A DNA stretch of 64,000 bases from Balanoglossus misakiensis (lineage: Eukaryota; Animalia; Hemichordata), in the NCBI GenBank assembly GCA_040954595.2, contig CM082584.2, positions 8,447,146 through 8,511,145 of the forward strand, given 5' to 3'. Positions 36,638 to 50,119 of the stretch are shown one piece after another (the stretch's first letter is position 1; each line of letters opens with the position of its first letter). The notes under the pieces were generated by a model. That model saw only the letters and a program-made list of their open reading frames with translations. It ran no database searches and was not told the DNA's origin. The translations under genes were made by a program, and so were the position numbers.

Positions 36638-39601
36638 CTTGAATACTCCATATTTTCACAGCACGGGGGGAGGTAGATGCAAATGAGACCCAACACAAAT
36701 CAACACTCGCAGGAAATAAACATCAACACAAGTGAATATTTTGTAATACTATTTTTTTTATTTGCATATCCTTCCTTTGGATTAATTTTTACAGACTTTC
36801 AGGTTTTCCTCTCTCTCTCTGTACTTCAGCACTGTAGATCTTGCAGCATGCAGTCTTAATAAATGTATCTTCAACAAAATAACAAAAAAAAGATTGACAT
36901 GACAATCTACTGTCTTCACCCCCTCACCAATGAAACCCCAATTTGTGAAGCAATGTCTCCTAAAACCTGGCAATATTTTTCGTTATAAACAACGACTGCC
37001 AAACACGTTTTGCGTGGCATACGCCAGGAACAACAGTAATGCTGAGTGAAAAATACAAAACAATACATGAAATGTCTTGCAAGCAGATGTCACAGTAAAC
37101 AACCCGTCCCCCCAAGTTTGATTTCAGTAATAGGAGAAAAAAGGGTTTATACGCAAGTGCATGTAATCTCCACTCTCTGTTGATGTGAAGTCTTGCACAT
37201 GTTGCAAGCTACAGCAATTTCAAATAATTGCAACTTCAACTTTTCAAGCATTATCTGCCAGATTGAGGAAAGGGGTCACTGTTCATTTACATTATTTCAC
37301 AAACACAGATTTCTATAAACAAACGGGAGAGTATTTGGTCCATGTTCATCAATGGTGCAGTGAAACTTTGTCCAAGTTGTACACCAATGATTGATACAGA
37401 GTAAATTGCTTAGTATATGGGTAGCTGCTTTTTACAGCATATTTTAAAACACGGTACTAGTATTCAGTGTGAAGGGGACTGGAAATTGTGTTCAGTGTAG
37501 ACTTTTTCCCTGGGTAAGTACTATGCAGTAAGAAGGACACTTCCACAACCAATGTGGAAAGACACTTTTATGGCTTGTGGAAATGCAATATAGGAACCCC
37601 CTTGAACTGGGTTGAAAGTAATCTCTTGTGTCCTGTTTTAGTACATTCAAACTAGGATTACTCATACATAGCCATAAAATACAAACAAATACAAAGTTCA
37701 AGAATTTGTACATCTTTGTCTACTATCTGGAGGAAAAAATGCCACAGAGATAATAAACATTTAATATAAGATACAAAATGCCAACACATTTAAAATGTGA
37801 TATTATTGCAAGTAAAAAAAATGAACCAAGTAGATTGGTACAAAATATGTACCGGCAATACAGAATAGATATTTCTTTGGATGAATTAGGGCTAGAGACT
37901 TGGTTGAAATCTGTGAAATTTATGCAGTGAATTGTTCAGAAAAATGTACAGGAGTCTAAACCTTGAGTCCTATTTCAACAACCAGCATGTTGAGCTGTAT
38001 ATTGTATTACAAATTTTTATTATACTTTTGAGAATCCACGTTTGTAGTTTATGGTTTGTTACCCCAAAAATGTTAATTTTGTTTCAAATTCTGGGCAGAA
38101 AACATGCGATTGCAGTGAAATATGCTTGTAACTTCCTCTGTTTTGGAAAATCTACTTTTTTGTACATTAGCAGACAAATGATTCTGGAACGAAAAAAAGG
38201 ATTGATGGATAAAATTTAGATGAAAGGAGAAAAAGTTTAGAGTAAGGACACTAGAAAATGACACCTGTCTTTAGAAATTTATAATTGATATGGTCCTAAT
38301 CATCCGTATCATCATCATCATACAAAAACAAAAAAGGCAGGTACAAAAACCATCTATACAAAAAGTTCCAAATTTCAACTTTCCCCGAACATCCTAAGCA
38401 ATGCCTGTGACGCGTTTCAGCATCACATCAGTATAAAATGTACAATCTGACAGAAAAATATGATACAAATTCAAAGACTTCTGATCTTTTTTTATAAAGG
38501 AAGAAAAAAATGTAATCTTCGATACACTAGAAGAATATAAGTCATGAGATAAGGATTTTTTTCTGCTGTGAAATATATCTGTGATCTGAATGAATAACAA
38601 TGTCGCCAATTAACAGGGATAAAATGATAGGTCGCTGCTCAAGGCATCTGAAAAACTGTACCTCTCTCACCTTGATGTAAAGTTTGAAATCAAAAAAAAG
38701 GTGATATCTGAATCAGTAAATCTCTCTCTCTTGTAAGTTCTCCTTGATATAAAGCAAGGTCTCTCTGATTATTTACACTCCTTGTCATTTCCTGTGGCTC
38801 TGGGTTTATCTATAAAATGAGCTGTAAATATATTTTTTAAATTTTTTCTTGTTTTTGATTAGCAATCCTTTTTGCAGCCCAGTGCATTTGCGCAACAATG
38901 CACAATGGAGAACTGTCCACTCAGCTATGAAAATATTCTGCAGTGAATGATAGCAATTTCATTTCTTCAATATCATCAAAAATGAGCTAAAAATTGACAA
39001 TAAATATTCATATATGAAAGCTAAGAAAAAGTGGGCTTAACTTTCAAATGATGCTATAATGACTATGAGAATAAAAAAATTCCATAACACTTCACCTTAC
39101 TGAATATGTTGGAACACATAAGGGCAAATTTTAAATTCTTTTCAATTTCAGCAACGACAGTTTGAGTTGGAATAAACAAACACAATATACAGTCTGGTTG
39201 TCGTATTTCCAATATTATCAAGTGTTTTGTTATCCCTTTCACACTTCTGTGATGTCAAGAATGTCAGTTGCCAGTCAGCTGAAGTGCAGGGTACTCGATG
39301 AAGCTGTCGGCTTTACACAGAGCAACATTACACTTGGCACACACATCCATGATGTCCGTTATTCCTCTGCCAGAATTTGCCCTCTTTTCCCGGTTGAGCA
39401 CAAAGCACACAGTTCTTCTTTCCTCTGGCATTGTCCGACCGCACCAGGTCACGGCTTGTTAAGTTTTCAGCGATGGTACTAGTAGATGCCGGCAGAAGAA
39501 CTGGAAGGGACCTCCGTTCATCTCCTTCAATTTTAGCCTGCTTTCCAACTGAGCTACAAGGCAGAAATCTTTTTCTTTTCTTTTTTTTTTGGCTGTATCT
39601 A

Positions 39602-42600
39602 TTATCGGTTGATTTCATCCACCACTGGTGGTCGCGGTCCGTACGCGTGGACCGGGTAGGCCAGTGTGGTATTGAGTTGGTCGTTGTGCTGCACCAGAGA
39701 GTTCTGCTGGTAGTGCAGCACCAGTTCCTTGAGCGACTTGAAGATGGTGAAGGGCTCGGCGAATCCATAACCTTTGTTGGACCTGATGATCATACAGTGC
39801 CGGACTTCGCCATCAGCCCTGTCAGATACAAGCACAGTTTACGGTTAGATCTGGCCCCACTACAACAGACTGGAGATGCATTGTTTCTACCTGACACAAT
39901 GAATGAACTAATCTGTACTACCGATAGGACATCACCTGGCAGATTGACAATAACAGACAAGTACACAGTTATGACAGATTACTTTATCACCGACTATCTC
40001 TGTCTTCTATCAATATGTTCATCTCCATTCTACCTTGGTTGATATCTTGTTCAGGCAGAACACCCTATCTTAACATCTACAGCCAACAAATCCTCTCTTA
40101 ATATTGCACACAAAATTTTTTGAGAACCTCATTCTTGCACTGGTACACGTTTGACCAGTCTCAAACTACCATACTGACTCAAACACTGGCATCAAATCTG
40201 AGATAGTACCACCAGCAACTGACCCTCGCTTCTGTCAAGAGTTGAGGGTCAAGCACATCACAACCTTGATAGAAAGAGGATTAAAACGAATGACATTGCC
40301 ACTTACACAATAGAGCATGCATAATTCCGCGGCACACTGCAGTCCCTGATCAGGAAGGTTCCGTTCTGTTTTCCTTGCAAGAGCTGAATGGCATCATTCC
40401 GGGATATTCCCGGCATGAACCACAGCGTCTCATCGTGGTGGGGTAGCGACTCCACGTCTGGTACCATATTGGTTCTGGGGGGGAGAGGAATGGGTACGTG
40501 GTTAGTGTCTAGGGCATGGGGTGTCTCTTTTCATTGTAAAGCACCAAAAGTTAGCAATCATAGGCAGTGTGTGTTGCATCGGCAGTTCGACCAGAAAATT
40601 TGTTATTCAAAGGACAAAGATGAAGGCTCATGACCAGTACTTACATGGCTCCCCTCTGTTCAATTCCTAAAATATAGTTGATATTTTCTTGCTTCACTCC
40701 CTTAGCACCTAGCCACCTGTAATGAAGAAAACACGGTCCAGATTAGGAGAAACCCAACGAAAAATATTCTGCCATGGAGAATATTTCAGCATTTTTTTCA
40801 AACCAAATCCATAAATTTACAAACAAACAAAAAAACAGCCAGGAAAGGCACTGTATACGACAATCAAACAAATTCTGCTCCAGGCAGAACTTACATGACG
40901 TATTGATCTCGGAGTTTTCGAAGTTGGATAATATCTGGTTTGAGACTGTTCATTTCCCTATCGATGTTTCTATTTTCCTCGGCCTGTCTCTTCAATTCTT
41001 GTTCCAGGAGTTCCTTCTTCAGTTTGATGTCATCGAGTCTGGTTTTCAGCAGCTCATAATTTTCCATCAATCTGCAAATTTAAACGCAAAGAATAAGAAA
41101 CTGCTCGTGAAATTCTAGCTGGGGATAGAATCAGAGATTATAATTGGGAAACAAACTTGTGTAATTTCACTACAAGGTTTTCAACTCAGGTTAGAATAAA
41201 AAATATTTGCTAAGAAATGTATATTGATGATATAGCAGATTAGCCAGAGAACTGGTAAACAAGGTATCTCCATCTCTTTTTGAGTTTACACATTTAATTG
41301 ATTTTCAGCATTCACACAATTTCCTGTGATAAACCAACAGTTGGAGATCTGATAAAATCTCATGATACCACAAGATTATCCCAAACAGCAATTTATAACC
41401 GAATATCATTAAAATTGAGGTGAACGACCGTCCTCCCCAAGGGGGTACGCGCGTTGACCCAATTTTCAACTGACATCTGTCCCTCTCCCACGCGGACTGG
41501 CACAGTGCCACAGAATCAACAACACGGCCCTCAACGTACGCACATCGCAAAAAACGTAACACCACCTACCCTTGTCGCTCGTCGGCCGTGATGGCGTCCT
41601 TGTGGTGGCTCTCGTGGATTTTGATCTGCTCGTCGAACACTTTGATGGTTTCGTTGAACGCCTCCAGGGCCTGCCTCCGCAGCTGAATCTCCTGAGTTGA
41701 TTTATTGTACATCTCGTAGAGTTTGTCGTAACTCTCCGTCTTCTCTTTGTATTCATCGTTGATCTCTTTCAGCTTTTCCTGCACTTTCTCCACGTCGCTG
41801 TCCTGAGCCTCGGGCTAAGAAAGAGTAAGCCATAAAAACCGGTATTAAAATAAAAAGATATATAAATCCAAAAAGATATACGAGATTTCCTGACTCCAGT
41901 AAAATATCTTATTTCCTTCCTCCTCCAAACATATTTCACTCTCCTTTGATGCAAGAGCAGTCCTGTAAGTTATGACAGGCCTTTGTGAGTTTATCAACCA
42001 CAGGAATGCGTGCTCGGAAATCTGAATGAGCTTGCTACGGATATCAACTGCGCTCTGAAGTCTTTGCACTTCAAAAACAGCAAGGTGGAAATAATTTTGG
42101 ATAATTGGCCAATTCGGATTTCAATCTGTCACACTGAGTTCCTTTCTGATCAGGGGTTTATATCAAACGACTTTGCATACACTTTCATGATGGCAAAGGT
42201 ATTACTTATAATGACTGAATATGCCTGATTTTTCACCCAAGATGCATTGCAAAATGATCAGACCCCCTAGCATACAATGTTTTCCACTTCCACTCGGCGC
42301 AACTATGCAAACTTCGATGCGCGACAAATGCACAGCGCCAGCGCATACCTGTTCGGTCTTCTTGGACACCGGGTGGGAGAGTTTGACGTCGAGCTTGCTG
42401 TTGTACTGCGACAGCGAGACGTCTTTGTAGTGCTCGATGAGCTCGATGACCGACTTGAAGCAGAGGGGCTCCGAGAAGCCGTAGTGATGGTTCCTGTGGT
42501 AGATCTTGATGAGTTTATTGCTGCCCCCTTTCCTGCAAGACACAAAGCGCCACACAAAGACTTGAGCCACTTTTCTCAGCTTTACCACTAAAAAATCACA

Positions 42601-45600
42601 TAGTTGAATTACCCCCCCCACACACACAGTGACACACACTTATGCAAAAGATTCTATAGACATATATTGAAATCTATAGCCTTCCATTGAAATTTACAGA
42701 ATTTCTATCGAACATCTGTAGAGTTTTGAGGGAAAAAAAACGAGTCCATCTATTGCTGGAGTGTCCAAAACTCACAGGTGACAATATTTGGCAGTCGAGC
42801 TGAACCTTACCTCAGGGTCAAAGTGTAGCCACCCGAGGCCTTGTTTGTGGCGTCCCTGACAAGAAATGTTCCATCTGGAGCGTCTTTGAGAATCTCATTA
42901 ACATAATCCCTGCAAGTGTAGAAAAATCAAAGGCTGGAATCAATACTCTTGCAGTAGAACAATGAGTCGACCTTGGTGACCCCTGCTGTACATGTAAGCC
43001 TGTTACATAACCAACCTGACACAGTGTCCTTGCCAACGCGCTGAAAACTATGCATTTTTCATCAAATTTGGAGCATTGCAAATGCATGTTGTCCAGTTAA
43101 CAGCAGCCAGAGTGGTCTGCCCTTGCCAATATTGTGCTAATAAGCTATTACAATATTCAGGTCGTTCGCATAACTGCACAAAGCAGGTAGCTGTGTTGAA
43201 CGTTTATTGGACATACTCAGTGTATGGTCAAATCAGGGGGGATTAAACACAGTAAATTTAAGACTATTTGGAAAAAATACATACAGAAATAATCCCACCT
43301 CATGAATAAAATTGCTTTAAATCCACTTAAAAGCAGTGCTGATAACAAATGCCATAAAACACACACACTAAATTTTCATTATCTAGATTATTTACATAAA
43401 AAGGTACAGTCAGTGCAGCACTGAGAACAACTGACTGTCCAGTTAAATCAGAAAGTGCAGAAGAAAAAAAAAAACGATGACCAAGTCACGCACCTCGAGA
43501 TATCGCCCCAGTACCATTCGCATTCTTCCATCGTCTTGGGGATGTCAATGCTGGCGTCTCTTCGCGGCGGTAATGGAGGCGGAGCTGCCAAGACAACAAA
43601 ACGCACAAAACAGTTATGTACAACACCGATCGACAACAAAGAAACGACAATGCCACCACCAGCATCTGTTGCAGAAAACATCAAGGAAGCACTTCACGCA
43701 ATCCATGCCATGAATAATCCCTAAAAACAACATAACGACAAACAGGACAAGTGCCATTACACATGACCTGAAATAAATAAAAGATCACATTTTATGGATT
43801 TAATGCACGGTATTCAAGGCTATCAGCTTTTATAGATATCTCAATGATCCGATTAGATTGACAAACGATTTGTGAAACAAGTTGTAAAAAAAAAAAAAAA
43901 AAACTTACCTTCCACCTCGTCCTCATCATCTGGTCCTTCTAGAGAAGTAGCACATTTTGTGATGAGTAATTCAACTATCTTTCGATGGGCATCGCCATTG
44001 TGCAAAACTTGCCTGTGAAGGAGACAAACACAATCTTCCAATTAAACAACAGTGATTATTGTGGGTGTTCGTAGCAAACTCTGCAACAGTTTTCAGGGAG
44101 TATGTAGTTGTATCATCATTAATACATGTACAGTATTGTTGTGACTTGTTCAATTGCAAATGGGTGTGTGTATATCAAAATAAGTATGTATGTCTGTATG
44201 TCTGTATGTATGTATGCATTGCAACAAATATATAATATATATAGGCATATATATAAGCTTTCTAGAATAACACAAAAACTTGACAAATCCTATTTCTTAT
44301 CAAGTGATAATATTAATAAAGTCACAAACATTCGCAAAATGCCACACTCACATTATTTGTTCCCGCGGTGGCCACAACAAAGCGTGGCAGAAAATGGAGG
44401 CCAGGTGGCGTGATGTCATCTTATTGGTGGAGGAATGTTGGCAGACTCGGTGCAAATGCCGGATGAGGTATTCCAGAGTCATTTTGTGATGGTCGGGCAT
44501 TCGGCTGACCAGTTCAAAAATCTGTGCCGTGCTTTCGCCGTCTTCTCGCATTGCTGCCGAGGAAAGTAATTCGAAATAAGTACTCCTACCGGCAAAAATG
44601 AATTTTCTATTTCGAGTTATCCACTGTCCTTTTTCAATGACAGTGCTTGAAAGATCAAGGTTATTTTTTTCAAAAAGGATGACAATTGCACTGAGCCAAG
44701 TTCAATTGGCTGGTATGTACATTGTGTTCTGGCTGTGAATACTGTACGATCAAAGGAAAATACTTTATATTTATAGAATGGAATACCATCTTAAACACAA
44801 ACCACACGAATAAAAAGCAGCAAGAACATTAATCGCATATATTGGGACAAAGAGAAGTTAGAGGACTTACAGCTCGCAGCTACAAAGTCTGAGTACATGT
44901 AGGTCGGGATAACGGGATTGGGAAGTTCGGCAAAGTACATCTTCAGCGCTCCGGCAATGCAATGGATGTCGTAGACGGTCAAGTCCAAGGAGCTGCAGTC
45001 CTGATTGAGCGCCTCCTTGATTTTGTTGACAGCTGCCGTGGAGGCGTTCTGGTGATAGATCAACTCCGTCTCCATGCCCCTCTCCTCGATGGCCTCCACG
45101 CACTTCACCACCACCGGAGGGGCCTCCTCCTCCTCCGAGGGGGAGAACGCCGTCGACAGGTCCTGGTTGAACACCGACGCTGGAGGGGAGAGATAGGGAC
45201 ACATGAATTTACTCTTGCTTGGCGCAAAGGAGTTTGTCGGAGAATTGGCCAAATGTTCCCCTTTTTTTCACACAGCGTTGCAGTCGCCCAGCGCGGGGCT
45301 GTATGTGTGTGTGGTGGGTCACCTGCCTCTCAGAGGTTCAGCGTTACACTTGTGTATGTCACATACATTCACGTGCACGTGTTCCCTGCTTTGTCTCCAC
45401 TGGGAAGTCCAGCCCCGGTGGAATTTTGCTCTACAGAGCCGGCGACACTGTGGCCAATGGTATTCTGCGGCTAATTGTACTGCTCAGCTAGAAACAACCA
45501 ACACTGTGGCTTGTCCTTTGCCTTGAACTCAGTCGACAAAAATCCTGACAAATTCCAGAGTCTTCACGTCCTCTATTACATCCAGATGTAGATGCGACAC

Positions 45601-48600
45601 AGCGTCCATCCACACTGCACTACACAAGGCCTGCGTGTCACCTGCTTTATGACAATACCCAACACACCGCAGCAGCTCTATGCGCTACACGTCCTGACCT
45701 TCAGTGCCTTCGTTTCTGAGGACACCCACTGACTGATTCGATTGTCCCGGCCACAACCAACATCAGCAGCCCCACACAGACAGTTCCCAACCAACCAGAA
45801 CACCGACAGCTCGACGATTGAGAACTGGGGGATAATTAAGCACTAAACAATATCACTAATAATTGATCACGGGGGCCGCGGCTGAACGACTCAAATGACC
45901 TTGGCACAGTTCCAAACAATACAGGGGGCAGGGCCGGTTTCCACAATGAGCTATTAATGAAGCAAGGTGACACCTCTACAGTAGCTTAACTACCAGCTAT
46001 ATTCTATAGTGAACGGGTCTGCATTTAATTCAGACAGTGTACATATGCACGTAACTGTTCAAACCGCTAAAGCCTTTTCATTGTTGCATGCACTACTGTG
46101 GTGATGTTGAAATAAAGAAAGACAACGTTCTGTTATCTGCACCACAGGGGCTAATTGACAGGTGACAAATTCCCACCACATTAAAAGATAAAGTTTCAAA
46201 CAAAAAAATACAATTCTTATTTTACTCCCAACATAACTTTCAATATTAGTTTTCAACTATGATACAACACCTTTCATATTATGTAAAAAAATTCTAATCA
46301 GACCCCCCCCCCCTCTGTTGTATATTGGCCAAACTTGCAATTGATAACACACAGGTGAGACCATAGTATGTCAGTGGCAGGGGGGGGGGGGGGCTTCACC
46401 ATCCCATGATGTGTCAGAACAGCAGTTGGGGAAAAATCATTCTACATCCTTGACATTAAAAAACTAATTGAAGGTAACCCTCTCTAGACATTATCACACA
46501 CCCCCTCCTGGATCAAGTCGACCAGTGCAACAGGTGGCTTGCTAACAGCTGTTACAGGACAAGCACAGCCTTTGTTCCCGGAAATACTGCTCCATAAAAG
46601 CTGATTTTACTGCCAACCTATAAACTTTAATGGAGCTTTTACAGGCCGGGTGAATGGGCAGGTTCTTGTGTGGGGGTATGCCAGCCTAAATTTGCCAGTA
46701 CCTGACACAGATTCGGATGAGTTTAATTTGTACAAGCACATTGACTAATAGTGGTCATAGTCGGGTAATACAAACTGACAGACTAAATCTGGTAGATTGG
46801 GGTTTGCGACACACACACACAGACACACACACACGATGTCACAGTGACCTCCATTTCAACCATTATCACTCAGTCACCTGTAAGTCTCCTTCCAATTCTC
46901 CCACATTAGATGAAAATGTTATAAACGCACAAATGCATAAATTGCGACGGTCAACCGAATTCGCTCCCTTTCATTTCGCCCCGACAAAGAGAGCCGTCGT
47001 TATCAGCCACTTATGATTAAAAGCCCTGCACGGGCGGGGCCCTCGCTGGAGGCCATTCAGCTCGAGAGCTAATTTCAATACATTCCACAGCTGACCCTTA
47101 AACAATGGGATGAATAAATGCGACCTTTCCTTGAACTTTTACTGACCGGATGGCAGTTGACAATGAACTCGGTGACCTATCGTGGTGGATCTTTTTTTTA
47201 AAATCAATAAAAAATATCCTTTTTAATGTATCAGCTTTACCTTTGTACAAAATGACACATTCATTTCAGTCAAGGTTGAATCTTCACAGTTCAAAATTGA
47301 CCCAAAAAATCTGGAAAATTTGCATTTACGCTTATGAAACTACAATGAGTGACGTACATTGTATGACCAGACAGACCTTACCCTTCTCACCCCTCACCCC
47401 CTCAAGAAGTGGTATAACCCAACTCATTTCACAAAACGGTCTGTCCGTTCCACTTTAGATAGTTGTAGGTTAACTCACCAGGTCCGTAACTGTCTCTCCT
47501 GGTGCGGTCGCCCATCTCTTTATTGCATAATGGCAGTCCCGTCTTAGCACAGCATCGGTGGCAACTGTACCCGCAGTCTGCAAGAGCCCAGACGACGGCG
47601 CAAATTGCTCGTTAGATTCAAATTGTGAAAAAGTGAAGACGCTTCCTGCCACTGATCAAATGGAGATCTCCGCAGTGGGGCAAGAAGAGCTCCAGACAGA
47701 AAATTTGCTCTCAGAGAGAAAAAAGACCACGATTTGAAGTTGTTAAGTAAGATTCCCCCCATACATCTCAGCGTGTTGCATTAATGATGTACGTCTAGCG
47801 TTCCTTTTTGTCTATGCGAACACGGGGGGAACTAGCCGGGCCGATTCTCCCAGGCACCGGTTCCGAGAAATCAGGCAGCAGCGGCTACTTTGTAACAAAA
47901 GCCAGGAACGTCAACGTGGTGGGACGCCCATCACATGCCGAGACTCGGGGGGAAAATCGATGCATGGCATCGGTGCATTTGACAAGTCAGAGTGAATATA
48001 GGACAGACAACAATTCCACAGTTAGATCTGTCTGTTAATGGCTGATAGAGCTTGAGTGAAATGATTTTCTTTTTTTTTTCAATAGCCCAGATAATTCTGA
48101 ACCGCTTTTTGAAATCACATCTGATGTCTACGGCCCCCAAATAAATCTGGTGACAGCAGCTCTGTTTGTGTGAATAGCCAAAATCTATTGTGTTAGAACA
48201 GTCTCCGACTCGACAATTCATTGAGTTTAAATAAAATGAACAAATACACAAGCTTCAGATTATGAAGTGGTTTTTGAAGAAATTTCGATAAATGACACGC
48301 AGCAGAAGCTTCAAAGGCCCAGCTGTGAACTGTATATTTCAGCCCTCAAGGTTCAATGGTCTCTTCTTACCTTGGCATTGGAGTCCCTGTCTGGTCAGCC
48401 CGAACATGAACTTATTACACTTGTCACACCACTGCAGGGAAGAAAAACTGTGCTCTTGAAAATGGTGGTCCGATGCCGGTCGGTTCGCTGTGACAATTGA
48501 AATAGGCAAGAGTCTACTCGTTACCAAACACGGCAAAACCAGCTTCTCTAATTAGTTACTAAAAATACACTCCGACACCTCTCTCAGACACGACTAACAC

Positions 48601-50083
48601 ACCTCTTCGAAACATATCTTTGATTTGGTGAAAATTATAAAAGTTGACAAACTATATTTCATGCATTTGCAGATGGGTACATGTTTGATCAAACTAATCA
48701 CGAGATTTACCACTAGTGTTTGTTTGTTTGTTGTTTTGTTTTGTTTTGTTTTAAATAACCAATAGATCGCTCACCCTCTTCTCCGACAGCAGACGGGTGC
48801 ATGGTGGTCGATTCCCGCATAACCGAGACGCCCCGACACAACTCATCCCGGGTGATCAGAATGCACTGACGCCGGAATTCGTCCACTATCCCCATGCGCT
48901 GCAGAACAATCAAAAGAAAAGTGTCTCGCTTTAAAAAGGGTGGGGATAGAAATACGGACTTGTGTCATCATTGTGTATGCTGTGAAAGTTTTTTTTTAAT
49001 CAACACATTTCAAACGTACTGAGATACAGTATTATTACTCTATATATGGATCTACCAGCAGATTTTGAAAAAGTGTTGATGCAATGTTTGTTGTGTCTGG
49101 TATTGTTCTGTGACATGTATTATCTTGTATTGTATTGTACAGTTTCAAATTTAATAACTCACAAGCAACCTAATGTTGACGGTCTCAGTAACACTTCTGA
49201 TCGCCTATTAAATACTGCGCAAACTAACTGTGACCTGTGTTTTGCTTTCCACTCCTGCCATATGGGTGGGCAGGCTCCGAATGAAAACACTGAACGCAGC
49301 TGACTTTAATTAATATGAAGACAAGATTTCGCCGCAAGACTGCTAATAAAACATACACCTGTGCAAACTAGCATTTTCTCACCCCTTCTATAAAGCAGGT
49401 TTCAACAGGTTTCACTATAATTACATGTAATTATGATTTTAAAAAAATATTTATAATAGCTTCACATAAGAGGCTCACAAGATGAGGTCAAATTTCTCTC
49501 CTGCAGTTCATTAATTGGATTTCAACTAGGCACGGCAAGACTCCATTACTGATGTTGTACCAGTAATTTTCCCAAAAAAGCAGACAAAGTAAAAAGAATA
49601 TGGGTACCCACAACGTCCATTCTTGTACCTAACCCAATTCTGTGAAGGCCAACCAGTCACTGTAACTGGTGCAGGGGAACTGAAATACCATGTTAAATCA
49701 CAAATGCTCTATTTTGATTTTCAATGCATGCAGGGTGACCCAAAATAGTGGCTTTTCCAACTCATTCTTTGTCAGTTTGATCGCACAGTGTGGTAACATC
49801 ACCAGGGCACTCACTACAGCCAAGTAAAAGCGTTCGCCACACAGGCACGTGCAGGTGACCTCACGTTTTAGTTGAAGGCTGGTGTGCCTTAAATAGAAAC
49901 CATCCATCATTTATTTTGACGCAGAACCGTTGGCTATTATTGGGTGTGACTTTTTAACATATGGCAGAAGCAGTTGGCCGCATGTGAAGATGAGAAGTGG
50001 AAGACAATGTTGGGTATGAAGATGACCTGGTGTACAAAGACTGATGCACAAACAAACCCTGTGTGTGTGCGTGCATGTGCATG

Positions 50084-50119
<36 letters not shown>

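Noticed and set aside
39431-40042. 203-aa plus-strand ORF, and the similar 44962-45474 ORF
   Set aside because: Antisense shadows of PIK3R exons with no domain features.
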